NCBI GenBank assembly: GCA_964646765.1
Contig: CAZYIA010000004.1
Location: forward strand, 13,887 to 77,886
DNA from: an uncultured Candidatus Saccharibacteria bacterium
GTDB taxonomy: Bacteria; Patescibacteriota; Minisyncoccia; Phycocordibacterales; UBA9973
Direction of reading: 5' to 3'
DNA length: 64,000 nucleotides
Positions 38,101 through 46,860 of the stretch are shown piece after piece. The first letter of the stretch is position 1. Each line of letters opens with the position of its first letter. The notes under the pieces were generated by a model, which made no database searches, was not told the origin of the DNA, and was given only the letters and a program-made list of their open reading frames with translations. The translations under genes were made by a program, and so were the position numbers.

Positions 38101-38234
38101 CCATCTTTCAGGCAGGCAGTGAAGGCTTCTTCCGAGGTGTTGTAGTAGCTGTATAAATTGGCGATCGCCTGCGAGGGACTCAATCCTGTCAGGGCGGCCA
38201 TCGCGGCAAGAACGAAGGCGAGCGGGTGCATCAT
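35103..38234 (-). CDS. Rhs/YD-repeat protein, apparently truncated at the C-terminus (no RHS core PxxxxDPxGL and no toxin tip)
   Basis: It has a signal peptide and more than 25 YD repeats (YTYDANGN, YAYDLKGN, YEIDDLGN, and others) over 1043 aa. It ends ...YSYTPASNRMATEPPGAVVLDAAGNTPA without the conserved RHS core terminus or a downstream immunity gene. Confidence 0.85.
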   Translation of the reverse strand: MMHPLAFVLAAMAALTGLSPSQAIANLYSYYNTSEEAFTACLKDGAMRRICPQNISNCWAYWTGSAGAGLQTWTSNEQNRGCGLSAGATYHYHVFPTQAVSPGMVLVGPTSGDVVSKQSAVLAAQNVKQLGGESGAGDTCYGNPVDAAVGNKVQREVDFNGPPGVSSMARTYNSQSFTNSGYMGYNWTFDYSVRITPDGNGVQVRESSGRTVHCPDNLDGTFACPADVRFKLKRDGLGYRRAWQDGSIERYNAPGNIIERFSPSGIRTRYDMVSNGLIMAEFGPGGHKLTPVWGAAILLEIRQPDGHRIRYQYDSRRRLVQVYFPDNSVRRYLYEDPLNPHALTGIIDETGKRVGTYAYDAATGQAVSTARPDGTESFGLGFSGAGATVTDAAGNAETLAFTRNLGVNLLAARTHSMDGKTRFRSFDANNNLISETDEEGRTTTYAWDAVNRPIQKVEAAGTPEARTTTWAYLDDFLALPTVIEEPSVFGGAVKRTEIAYDERNRPVQIQVSGYTPAGTAVSRTVAMAYAPAGQIGAITDANGRTTQLTYPQCTTGFGCEMLSSITNPAGHVTTFDQYDANGRLLRKTDPNGLVTAYTYNLRGRVASVTETPVVGSARTYSYAWDAAGRLLSVIVPGRGTLTYTYDVADRLASVTDSLGNKVSYAYDLKGNRTSDVTKDPDGTVVRQMDLAFNARNYPSQVNAAGSVTQLVHDAVGNLTQVTDPNGNITQHQVDTLDRIVRTVDALGGMTDRGYDPGGNLAGVVTPNDAATGYEIDDLGNVLKEAGPDRGVITYTHDANGNVLTRTDARGIAATFTYDVLNRVTSVSYPNPAENVAMTYDTCQVGQLCSVTDQAGTRSWIYEGFGRVSSETWVQGGVSKTTSYTWTPAGDLASITYPSGRIVAYTRNAIGNVTAVSTNGSNVLTGRTYRADGLVKAQTWANGITESKTYDLQGRMTGWTAGFVLNRTFAYDANGNVVQKDASQFQYDALDRLISESTQLLSYDCNGNRLIDSTGPYSYTPASNRMATEPPGAVVLDAAGNTPA

Positions 38235-38332
38235 GTGCTTTCGAATCGAAAGCTCCGATGGTAGCGAGGGGCCACTATAAGTTCAGGTGTTTGAGCCGGG
38301 AAAAGGGGCGCGCACCGGGTCAATCCCGGTGA

Positions 38333-41300
38333 TCACGCCGGTCGACCATCCTCCCGCCGCTTTTCCTCAAATCCACGGTAGACCAGATCCAGCAACAGCG
38401 CCGCCATCGCCTTCTTGACGTGGCCCTTGCCCATCACCTGCTCCGACATGTTCTTGTGGTTCTCGTAAGCCGCCATCACGGCGTCCTCGAAGGCGTTCAT
38501 GAAGTCCGGGCTGTCGCCGAACTGGGCTTTCTGGTTGGCCGCCGCCTGCTGGGCCAGAACCTCCGACTCCATCATCTTGCCGGCGATGTGGTTCACGTAG
38601 TTGATGCGGTCCGCGTCCGTCAGCTCTTCGCCCTCAAAGAGATCGTTCATCTTTCCAACGATCTCCGACAGCAGGGCCTGCGCCGGATCCTGCGGCACGC
38701 GGCTGCCGATACCTGTCATCGGGTCGAGTGTGGCCGGCTCGTCGGTGGAATCGCCAAGGCCCAGCTTGCGCTTGCCCAGGTCGCGCAGGTTGTAGTGCGT
38801 CATCAGCACGGCCGACAGGTCAATCGCCTCGTGCCTGACCTCCTCGGCGATGAGCGGGGCGAGGTGCTTGTAGAAGAGGCTGCGCTTGAAGAGATCCGAA
38901 TCGCCGTAGTCGACGATCTGGGAGAGGAAGTCGTAGGCGCGCACGAAGCCGCCCAGGTCCTTTCGGAAGAGATCCAAAGCCTCGATGGCTTTCTTGTCCT
39001 TCTGCTGCTCGGCCTCCGTATAGCGCACACGGAAGCGTTCGACCGCGGGGCCGATCCTGGCCTGCAGGTCCTTCTGGGTGCCTTTCCTGTAATAGGCCTC
39101 GGCAAACCCATCCACCTCCTCCGGCAGGTAGATGCCCGTGGCATCGAGCTTGGCCTGCAGGTCGTGGATCAGGTTGGGATCGGATACGCCGGCGAGCTGC
39201 GCTGTGCGGTAATAGGTGCGGAAGGCAGCCAGGATCTCGTCGGGGTCGTTCACGAAATCGAGCACGAAGGTGTCGGTCTTGCCGGGGTAGATGCGGTTGA
39301 GCCGCGAGAGCGTCTGCACGGCCGAGACGCCGGCGAGCTTCTTGTCGACGTACATCGCCACCAGCAGGGGCTGGTCGAAACCCGTCTGGAACTTGTTGGC
39401 AACCAGCATGACCTGGTACTCGTCGGTGGCAAAGGCCTCGCGCATGTCACGACCCTTGAGGCCGGGGTTCATGTTTGACTCGTTGAATGGGTTCGGGCCG
39501 CTCTCCGGGTCGTTCACGTCGCCGGAGAAGGCCACCAGGGCGGCAACGTCCTTGTAGCCCTGCGTCTTGATGTACTTGTCCATGGCGAGCTTGTAGCGCA
39601 CCGCCTCCTTCCGTGAGGAGGTCACGACCATGGCCTTGGCCCGGCCATTCAGGCGCCACATCACGTTGGCCCGAAAGTGTTCGACGATCACCTGGACCTT
39701 CTGGGCGATGTTGTGCGGGTGCAGGCGCACCCAGTTCATCAGCGACTTCAGGGCCCGGTTCTGGTCGACCTGCTCATCGTCGTAGTCCTGCCCATCGTGC
39801 GCCAGCTTGAAGGCAAGCTTGTAGGGCGTGTAGTTCTTCAGCACGTCGAGGATGAAGCCCTCCTCGATGGCCTGCTGCATGGAATAGACGTGGAACGGCG
39901 CCGGCAAACCGTCCGGGTCGGGCCGCCCGAAAAGTTCGAGCGTCTTGGCCTTGGGCGTGGCGGTGAAGGCGAAGTAGCTGACGGTATCAGGTTGTACCTG
40001 ACCGGCCATCTCTGCTTCAAGGATTTCCTCCAGGTCTACCTCGGCGCCGTCCTCGATCTCCGCCAGCCGCTCGGCGGTCAGCACCTGCTTCAATTTCTTG
40101 GCGGCCGAGCCGGTCTGGGAGGTGTGCGCCTCGTCAGCGATCACGGCGAAGCGCCGGCCCTTGAGGGTGACCGTGTCCCGGATGGCGTCGAGCACGAACG
40201 GGAACGTCTGGATCGTCACGATGATGATGGGTGCGCGGTCGGCCAGCGCCTTCACCAACTGCGATGACTTGGAGCCCCCCTCGTCGGTGATCCTGACCAC
40301 CACGCCATGCTTGTGCTCGAACTGGTAGATCGCGTCCTGCAGCTGGGAGTCCAGCACCGTGCGGTCGGTGATGACGATGACCGAGTCGAAAAGCTTGATG
40401 TCCGCATCGTCATGCAGGGACGCCAGCTGGTGGGAGAGCCACGAGATGGAGTTGGTCTTGCCGGAGCCCGCGGAGTGCTGCACCAGGTACTTCATGCCCG
40501 GGCCTTCCACCCGTGCGGTCGCCACGAGCAATGTGACCGCCTCCCACTGGTGGAAGCGCGGGAAGATCAGGCCCTGCTTCTCGACTACGGTGCCATCGGG
40601 CTGGGTTTCCTGCTTCTTCTCCAGGTGGACGAAGCGGCCGAGGATGTCGAGCCAGGCGTCGCGATCCAGCACGCGCTCCCAGAGATAGGCCGTGCGATAG
40701 CCGTTGGGGTTGGGCGGGTTGCCCTTGCCGCCGTCGTTGCCCAGGTTGAACGGCAGGAAACGGGTCTCCTTGCCAGCGAGCTTCGTCGTCATCCACACCT
40801 CGTCTGTGGACACCGCGAAGTGCACAAGGGAGCGCCGCTTGAAGGCGAGCAGCGGCTCCTCGCGCTTGGTGACGGGATCCTTCACCGGCCGGCCATGCCG
40901 ATACTGGCTGATGGCGTCCTGCACGGACTGGGTGAAATCGGTCTTGAGTTCGAGGGTGGCGACCGGGATGCCGTTCACGAACACCACGAGGTCGATGCTG
41001 TTCTGGTTCGACAGGCAGTAATGCACCTGCCGCATGACACGCACCCGCACCCTGTCGTACCGGGCCAACGTTTCCGGGTTCATCTTCTGCGCCGGCTTGA
41101 ACTGGCACATGTCGAACCGGGCGTTCACGTTCTTGAAACCGTGGCGCAGTACCGAGAGCGAGCCTTCCCTGTCCATGACCTCGGCCAGACGCTTCAGCAC
41201 CGTCTTCTCGCTGGATCCGTTATGCAGCGTCTTCACCTTCGCCCATTCCTTGGGCTGGGTTTCCGACAACCAGGCGATGACGTCCTCCGGAAAGAGCGCC

Positions 41301-41407
41301 AGCTCGCGGTCATAGCCGGTGTCGTCAGGGGAATACAGCCAGCCGTGGGCTGCGAGATGGGCGCACACTTCCTGCTCGAAGTGGATTTCAGTGTGGAGTG
41401 CTGTCAT
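38333..41407 (-). CDS. hsdR: Type I restriction enzyme R subunit HsdR
   Basis: The 1024-aa ORF has an N-terminal nuclease domain and a DEAD/SF2 helicase core (GSGKT, DEAH-like VIADEAHTSQ, QTFPFV). It overlaps the upstream gene by 4 nt. Confidence 0.95.
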   Translation of the reverse strand: MTALHTEIHFEQEVCAHLAAHGWLYSPDDTGYDRELALFPEDVIAWLSETQPKEWAKVKTLHNGSSEKTVLKRLAEVMDREGSLSVLRHGFKNVNARFDMCQFKPAQKMNPETLARYDRVRVRVMRQVHYCLSNQNSIDLVVFVNGIPVATLELKTDFTQSVQDAISQYRHGRPVKDPVTKREEPLLAFKRRSLVHFAVSTDEVWMTTKLAGKETRFLPFNLGNDGGKGNPPNPNGYRTAYLWERVLDRDAWLDILGRFVHLEKKQETQPDGTVVEKQGLIFPRFHQWEAVTLLVATARVEGPGMKYLVQHSAGSGKTNSISWLSHQLASLHDDADIKLFDSVIVITDRTVLDSQLQDAIYQFEHKHGVVVRITDEGGSKSSQLVKALADRAPIIIVTIQTFPFVLDAIRDTVTLKGRRFAVIADEAHTSQTGSAAKKLKQVLTAERLAEIEDGAEVDLEEILEAEMAGQVQPDTVSYFAFTATPKAKTLELFGRPDPDGLPAPFHVYSMQQAIEEGFILDVLKNYTPYKLAFKLAHDGQDYDDEQVDQNRALKSLMNWVRLHPHNIAQKVQVIVEHFRANVMWRLNGRAKAMVVTSSRKEAVRYKLAMDKYIKTQGYKDVAALVAFSGDVNDPESGPNPFNESNMNPGLKGRDMREAFATDEYQVMLVANKFQTGFDQPLLVAMYVDKKLAGVSAVQTLSRLNRIYPGKTDTFVLDFVNDPDEILAAFRTYYRTAQLAGVSDPNLIHDLQAKLDATGIYLPEEVDGFAEAYYRKGTQKDLQARIGPAVERFRVRYTEAEQQKDKKAIEALDLFRKDLGGFVRAYDFLSQIVDYGDSDLFKRSLFYKHLAPLIAEEVRHEAIDLSAVLMTHYNLRDLGKRKLGLGDSTDEPATLDPMTGIGSRVPQDPAQALLSEIVGKMNDLFEGEELTDADRINYVNHIAGKMMESEVLAQQAAANQKAQFGDSPDFMNAFEDAVMAAYENHKNMSEQVMGKGHVKKAMAALLLDLVYRGFEEKRREDGRPA

Positions 41408-41847
41408 TTGCCGCAGGCCCTTCCGCCCTGTAGAGCACGGACGCTTTGCCCCTTCTCTTCCAGTTCGAGATCATCAAACCAAGGTTGCTCTGTGCGCGAC
41501 GAGTGCTTGTTTACCTTGGAAGGCTGAATTTGGCTCAACTGCAAGGAATTCGCTCGTTCAAGTGACTGCCTGTGCTCAGCCCTTTTGAAGGAGACGGCCA
41601 CCCATACGTCCGCCTCCTCATTTGACGGCCTAACTTCAACGCCAAGTTCAGTGAACCAGCCAACCAGGCGCCAGCGCATTTCACTAGGTGCATTCCGCAG
41701 CAATATGTTTGTCTTGTCGAGTTTCGCTCCGCTGCCGTTATAGGCTTGTCTGAAGGCCATCAATGCCAAGGTATGCCAATCGTGCAATGAGGTATGCGGA
41801 AATGTCGCAGTTTTAGCGACCATTTCGGTAAAGATATTTTCACGCAT
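41404..41847 (-). CDS. Hypothetical protein embedded in the Type I RM operon (147 aa)
   Basis: The start was refined to MRENIFTEMVAK with a GGGAGG RBS. It is translationally coupled to hsdR (ATGA-type overlap). No recognisable domain was found. Confidence 0.4.
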   Translation of the reverse strand: MRENIFTEMVAKTATFPHTSLHDWHTLALMAFRQAYNGSGAKLDKTNILLRNAPSEMRWRLVGWFTELGVEVRPSNEEADVWVAVSFKRAEHRQSLERANSLQLSQIQPSKVNKHSSRTEQPWFDDLELEEKGQSVRALQGGRACGK

Positions 41848-41928
41848 CACACCCCTCCCTTTCGTTAACTTTCCCCGCCACCGCCGCTGAGAAAAGCTCC
41901 GTGCTGAGCACATGCATTGTTGTCAACG

Positions 41929-43188
41929 CTACTTCTTGATCCAGGGAGACAAGGCAGCAGCGATTTCATCAGGCTTCGCCTTTTCCAACACCTTCTCCAG
42001 CAATTCATGCATCGGAGAAGCGGCATCGCCGCGTTTTAGAAGCATCTTGGAAGGATTGGCGCCGAACGTCCTGATCGCTGACTCTTGCAGCATCTTCAGG
42101 AGTTCAGGATCGCCGCCCATTTCATCCCGATAACCTGTAAACGCCATCGCTGCCGCTTCCTTGAAGGCATAGTCCTCACTTATTCGAAGCACATGGCCAT
42201 ACTGACGCGCCGCGAACCAGGTAAACCAGATAATTGGACCGGCCACCAGAAAGCGAACCAACACGGCCACGGGATCCGGGCTGCCCGCTTTCAGCAAAGG
42301 CAGTAATTCAGCCCAACCGATCCATACGAGCGCCACAATTCCAACGACGAATGCAACCGCCCAGACTCGCCAGGTCCTTTCCAGCTCTTTTCGCTTGTCG
42401 TGAAAGGAGCGCGCTAGGCCCACTTTGTTCGCATTCTCCAGGAGCCCTGCGATTTCATTGCGCCGGTCTTCGAATTCCTTGAATAAGGCATCCTTCTTGG
42501 CAACTGCAGCATCTAGCTCCTGAATCGCATTTGTGACCGAGGAGGCTTCGGCAGTGGCTGTGGATGCCGCACTCTCAGCATTGGTCTTTGCCGTGCCAGC
42601 TTCACGTTCATACCCCTCGATGGTAGTGAGGAGAGACTGGATAGCCTGTACCTTTTCGTTTGCCGTGTTTTGTTGTCCTTCGATCTGTTCGATCAAGTCT
42701 GCTGCGCTCGTCTCCGTCTGCTGGATAACATCCTTGATTTCTCCAGCACGAGAAATCCATTCCTGAGCCTCATTGATCCGGGCGGTCATGGTACGGCTGA
42801 ATTCGGGCGAAAGTCTTTCGGACTCAGGGTGAATCGGCAGCAGCTGGAGCAAGGCGCTTTTTAGCGACCAGAGCCAACTGCAAATGCTCGCAACATTACT
42901 GACGATTTGGCTGGGGTTACTCCAATGAGCGCTGAAAAACTGGTGTATGGCGTTTGGCACCGACTCGAAAGTGTTTCTGTACTGGCTCCAGACAACGCCA
43001 TCGATGTCTTCCGAACGACTAAGCGCCCCCATCAGGACGATTACTTCGTCGAAGGATTTTGTGATATCCGACACGTCCACCCCCAGCCCCTGGATATCCT
43101 CTTGCGGGGTCAGGTTGGGGGCTGCCTGATCCCAGAACCTTTTGGAACCCTCGACCTGGCTGATAGCGCTGGACAAATTGATGCTCAT
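41929..43188 (-). CDS. Coiled-coil protein with a 2-TM hairpin, embedded between hsdS and hsdR (candidate defence or abortive-infection effector)
   Basis: The 419-aa ORF has an N-terminal globular region and a long coiled-coil (AQEWISRAGEIKDVIQQTETSAADLIEQIEGQQNTANEKVQAIQ...). Two adjacent TM helices follow (WRVWAVAFVVGIVALVWIGW / VAVLVRFLVAGPIIWFTWFAARQY), then a short C-terminal domain. It sits 18 bp from the hsdS stop and 16 bp from the next ORF. Confidence 0.5.
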   Translation of the reverse strand: MSINLSSAISQVEGSKRFWDQAAPNLTPQEDIQGLGVDVSDITKSFDEVIVLMGALSRSEDIDGVVWSQYRNTFESVPNAIHQFFSAHWSNPSQIVSNVASICSWLWSLKSALLQLLPIHPESERLSPEFSRTMTARINEAQEWISRAGEIKDVIQQTETSAADLIEQIEGQQNTANEKVQAIQSLLTTIEGYEREAGTAKTNAESAASTATAEASSVTNAIQELDAAVAKKDALFKEFEDRRNEIAGLLENANKVGLARSFHDKRKELERTWRVWAVAFVVGIVALVWIGWAELLPLLKAGSPDPVAVLVRFLVAGPIIWFTWFAARQYGHVLRISEDYAFKEAAAMAFTGYRDEMGGDPELLKMLQESAIRTFGANPSKMLLKRGDAASPMHELLEKVLEKAKPDEIAAALSPWIKK

Positions 43189-43206
43189 ATCTCCCCCTGT
43201 TGTTTT

Positions 43207-44523
43207 TTATGCAGCGGCCTGATGTTGTGTCCGTACATCAATTTTTCCCGTGACCGCCGCTGAAATCAGCGCCGTGCGGTGCTCACGCATCAGGTCAATG
43301 GAGCGGCGGGATTTTTCGATTAGGGTATCGAGCTTGGCGGTTTCGCGGTCGATAAATGCAACGATGGCAGATTGTTCTTCTGATGGCGGACTCGTCATTA
43401 GGATGTTAGCTACATCATCTAGGCTCAACTGGATCTTTGTCCCACCATAGCCTTGTGCCTCGAGGTAGGTCTTCCCAACGAATGAGAGCGTCACGTAAGC
43501 AACCCAAGGCGACAGAAAGTACCTTCCTGCTAAGCGGGCCAGTGCAACGTGTTGGCTCACATATGCAGCTTCCATATTGTCAGGGACAACTGCTACTGAA
43601 CCTAGATAAGCGGTGATAGAAAACAGAACATCCCCAGGCAAGACTCTTGTCCTTTCTCCTTCCGTTCCTTCAGGAACCTCCACTCTTTGAATGTCTGCTA
43701 AATCAAGCTGAATAGTTTCACGGGTCAGGTTACCAATACGGATGAACAACGCACCATCATCTGCGTAGTGGTCAGCCCAGCCTCGTGAACCACTTGTCAG
43801 GAACAGCAAATCACGCTTGAGAGGTAAAACGCCCCAATGCGCTGGCACCCCCCCCAACCACTCCACCCCCGAATCCTTCATCGGAGCATCCGGATTCAAC
43901 CCCTTGGTCACCGCATGGGAGATGAGGGCCTGGCGCTTTTCCTGAAGCAGTTCGATCAGCTTTTCCTGCTTGGCGATCAGGGTGTCAAGCCTGGTGGTTT
44001 CGCGGTCGAGGAAGGTGGCGATGGCGGCCTGTTCTTCTGGATCAGGAAGTGAGAGTGAGATGTTTCGCATCTCCGAGTAGTTGGTGCTCCAAAGGTCGGC
44101 AACGATTCCTTTTCCGTATCGATAGAACTCTTCCTGGAACGGATAGCTTCGTAGCAGATGGTGAGCAAATCGCCCATTGATAGAGTCGTATGGCTGGAGA
44201 ACAGTATTGATTAGTGAAGCCGAACCATCCAACTCAGAGAGGCCAGATGAGCCTTTTCGGTCCGACCGGCTGTTGATGACAAAATCGCCAGAGCGAACCA
44301 ACTTCCGGTTGTCTCCATCATCCGTTTTTGCGGCCGTTTCAAGTTGTGGAACGACCCCGCTTTTGGTGACGGAAAGGGGCTGATAGTCCTTGTCACTGAC
44401 CTTCTCGCGGCGCTCGGAGAAGTAGTAGCCAAGCCGCTTCACGTCCCAATGCTCCGGCACCTCCCCGAGCCACTCCACCCCGGAGTCCTTGCAGGCCGGG
44501 TAGGGGCGATACTTAACGCTCAT
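43207..44523 (-). CDS. hsdS: Type I restriction-modification specificity subunit HsdS
   Basis: It has two target-recognition domains separated by conserved repeats (LDTLIAKQEKLIELLQEKRQALISHAVTKGL and LDTLIEKSRRSIDLMREHRTALISAAVTGKI). Confidence 0.9.
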   Translation of the reverse strand: MSVKYRPYPACKDSGVEWLGEVPEHWDVKRLGYYFSERREKVSDKDYQPLSVTKSGVVPQLETAAKTDDGDNRKLVRSGDFVINSRSDRKGSSGLSELDGSASLINTVLQPYDSINGRFAHHLLRSYPFQEEFYRYGKGIVADLWSTNYSEMRNISLSLPDPEEQAAIATFLDRETTRLDTLIAKQEKLIELLQEKRQALISHAVTKGLNPDAPMKDSGVEWLGGVPAHWGVLPLKRDLLFLTSGSRGWADHYADDGALFIRIGNLTRETIQLDLADIQRVEVPEGTEGERTRVLPGDVLFSITAYLGSVAVVPDNMEAAYVSQHVALARLAGRYFLSPWVAYVTLSFVGKTYLEAQGYGGTKIQLSLDDVANILMTSPPSEEQSAIVAFIDRETAKLDTLIEKSRRSIDLMREHRTALISAAVTGKIDVRTQHQAAA

Positions 44524-44783
44524 CGTCCTTTCCCCGAAAACGCTGAACCCGGCAGCACGTTGTATGGATTTTCTTCACGATATTCGGCCGGCTTGGCACC
44601 TACTGCATTCGCACTGGCCACCTTCAAACAGGCATCGCACAGTTTCACCAGCCCAAAGTTTGTTTCCGCTTGGTATAGCGGCTCTTGTGCAGAACAACGG
44701 GTACAAACGCCTGCGCCTATGGATGTAACGACTTTGCTCTCAAGGCGTATCTTTGCCGGTTTGCGCGTCGTGTTGGATGTCAC
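44520..44783 (-). CDS. Small CxxC...CxxC zinc-ribbon protein between hsdM and hsdS
   Basis: The 87-aa ORF contains CTRC...CDAC. It overlaps the hsdM stop and the hsdS start by 4 nt each (translational coupling). Confidence 0.4.
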   Translation of the reverse strand: MTSNTTRKPAKIRLESKVVTSIGAGVCTRCSAQEPLYQAETNFGLVKLCDACLKVASANAVGAKPAEYREENPYNVLPGSAFSGKGR

Positions 44784-46510
44784 GCCACCACCTCTTGCAG
44801 CAGGCCCATGATCTCGGTGGTCAGCGCTTTCAGATCGGAATCAATCTCCTCCAGCGGCCTCGGCGGCACGTACTTGTAGAAGTGCCGGTTGAAGGGGATT
44901 TCGTAGCCCACCTTGGTCTTGCCGTGATCGATCCAGGCATCCGGCACATGGGGCAGGACCTCGCACTCGAAGTAGGCCTGGATGTCGTCCTTCAGGGGCA
45001 CGTTCTCGGTGTCGCGCAGCGATGAGTCGGGTTGGGGCTGGCCTTTCTGCTTGCCCTTGGTGCCGATGACGACGTTGCCCTGCTCGTCGCGCAGGGGACG
45101 CTCGACGGTGATGGTGGAATAGCCGAAATCGGCGTTGTCGAATATCTTGCTGTGCTCGTTCTCTTCGAACGCGCCGTAGAGCTTCACGATGCGCTCGATG
45201 TCGGCGTCGCCCAGTTCCTTGCGCTTGGAGCCCAGGGACTTCCGCATCTTCTGGTAGAACTCGGCGGCATTGATGAGCTGGATCTTGCCCTGGCGCTCAG
45301 GCTTCTTGTGGTTGGTGACGATCCAGACGTAGGTCGAGATGCCGGTGTTGTAGAACATGTCGGTCGGCAGGGCGACGATGGTCTCCAGCCAGTCGTTCTC
45401 GATGATCCATTTGCGGATCTCCGACTCGCCCGACCCCGCGCCGCCGGTGAAAAGCGGCGAGCCGTTCAACACGATACCGATGCGGCTGCCGCCTTCGGCC
45501 TTCGGCCGCATCTTCGAGATGAGATGCAACAGGAACAGCAGACTGCCGTCGGACACACGCGGCAGACCGGGGCCGAAGCGCCCCTCGTAGCCCTTTTTCG
45601 TGTACTCGTCACGGATGAATTTCTCGATCTTCTTCCATTCCACGCCGAACGGCGGGTTGCTCAGACTGTAGTCGAAGAGCTTGCCGATGAGGCCGTCTTC
45701 GGAGAGCGTGTTGCCGTAGCGGATGTTGGAGATGTCCTGGCCCTTGATGAGCATGTCCGCCTTGCAGATGGCGTAGGACTCGGGGTTCATCTCCTGCCCG
45801 AACACTACCAGGCGGGCCTGGGGGTTGAGGCGTTGCAGGTGTTCCTCGGCCACCGACAGCATGCCGCCGGTGCCGGCGGTGGGATCGTACAGCGTGCGCA
45901 CCACGCCTGGCTGGGTCAATGCCTCGTCATCGCCGGCGAACAGAAGCTCCACCATCAGGCGGATGACCTCACGCGGAGTGAAGTGCTCCCCCGCCGTCTC
46001 GTTCGAGAGCTCGGCAAACTTGCGGATCAGCTCCTCGAACATGGCGCCCATGTGGGCGTTGCTCACCACGTTGGGATGCAGATCGATCGCCGCAAACTTG
46101 CCGGCCACCATGAACAACAGGTTGTCCTGGTCAAGCCGGTCAATGATGGCCTGAAAGTTGAACCGCTCGAACACGTCGCGGACGTTGTCCGAGAACGAGC
46201 CAATGTAGTTCGTGAGGTTGGCGCGGACATTGGACGGATCGCCCAATGCTGCAGCGAACGTCATCGGCGAGGTGTTGTAGAACTGGTAGCCGGATTTCTT
46301 GATCAGAAAACGATCCAGAGCCGCTTCAGGCAGGTCCTTCTTCGCCTGGTACTCCTTCAGCACCGCCGGCTTCGTCGCCTCCAGCACGCAGTCCAGCCGC
46401 CTCAGAACGGTGAACGGCAGGATCACACGGCCGTACTCGGATTGTTTGAAGTTGCCCCTGAGCAGGTCGGCAACCGACCAGATCAGGGATGAAGTTGCGT
46501 TTGTGTTCAT
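44780..46510 (-). CDS. hsdM: Type I restriction-modification N6-adenine DNA methyltransferase HsdM
   Basis: It has an N-terminal HsdM_N domain, a SAM-binding motif and the catalytic NPPFG motif. Confidence 0.95.
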   Translation of the reverse strand: MNTNATSSLIWSVADLLRGNFKQSEYGRVILPFTVLRRLDCVLEATKPAVLKEYQAKKDLPEAALDRFLIKKSGYQFYNTSPMTFAAALGDPSNVRANLTNYIGSFSDNVRDVFERFNFQAIIDRLDQDNLLFMVAGKFAAIDLHPNVVSNAHMGAMFEELIRKFAELSNETAGEHFTPREVIRLMVELLFAGDDEALTQPGVVRTLYDPTAGTGGMLSVAEEHLQRLNPQARLVVFGQEMNPESYAICKADMLIKGQDISNIRYGNTLSEDGLIGKLFDYSLSNPPFGVEWKKIEKFIRDEYTKKGYEGRFGPGLPRVSDGSLLFLLHLISKMRPKAEGGSRIGIVLNGSPLFTGGAGSGESEIRKWIIENDWLETIVALPTDMFYNTGISTYVWIVTNHKKPERQGKIQLINAAEFYQKMRKSLGSKRKELGDADIERIVKLYGAFEENEHSKIFDNADFGYSTITVERPLRDEQGNVVIGTKGKQKGQPQPDSSLRDTENVPLKDDIQAYFECEVLPHVPDAWIDHGKTKVGYEIPFNRHFYKYVPPRPLEEIDSDLKALTTEIMGLLQEVVA

Positions 46511-46860
46511 CCGTACAGATTCCTCGATTGACCATTTCCGTCAGGCAAGCCCGGGGGCGGTGTCAAATCCGGGCCCAAGGGTTGCATGGTCTCCGCTGCC
46601 GCGGTCAGAGGCCGAACAACCGGCCTCCACTCCGTTCCGGCCGGGGGCAGACGCCCGAAGGGCGTCCGGGGAGCCACACGTGGCAGGGAAGCCTCTTCGA
46701 GGCCGGGGAGGCGCTTGCGCGCCCGGGGGGACCCGCTTCGCGGGCAGGGAAGCCGCTGCGCGGCAACGGCAAAACCGGGGAGCCGCCTGCGGCGGCTTGG
46801 GTTTACCCTGAATTGCCAGGCTTGCCCCTCGCGCATCAAGACCACCTGATCGTCCGTCAG

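Noticed and set aside
38238-38252. Palindrome CTTTCGA-A-TCGAAAG next to the rhs start codon
   Set aside because: A 1-nt loop is too small for a hairpin, it overlaps the expected RBS region, and there is no supporting context.
45032-46492. 486-aa plus-strand ORF antisense to hsdM (likewise 38420-39478, 39677-40267 and 40307-41527 antisense to hsdR)
   Set aside because: HsdM and HsdR have unambiguous motifs on the minus strand. These are shadow ORFs.
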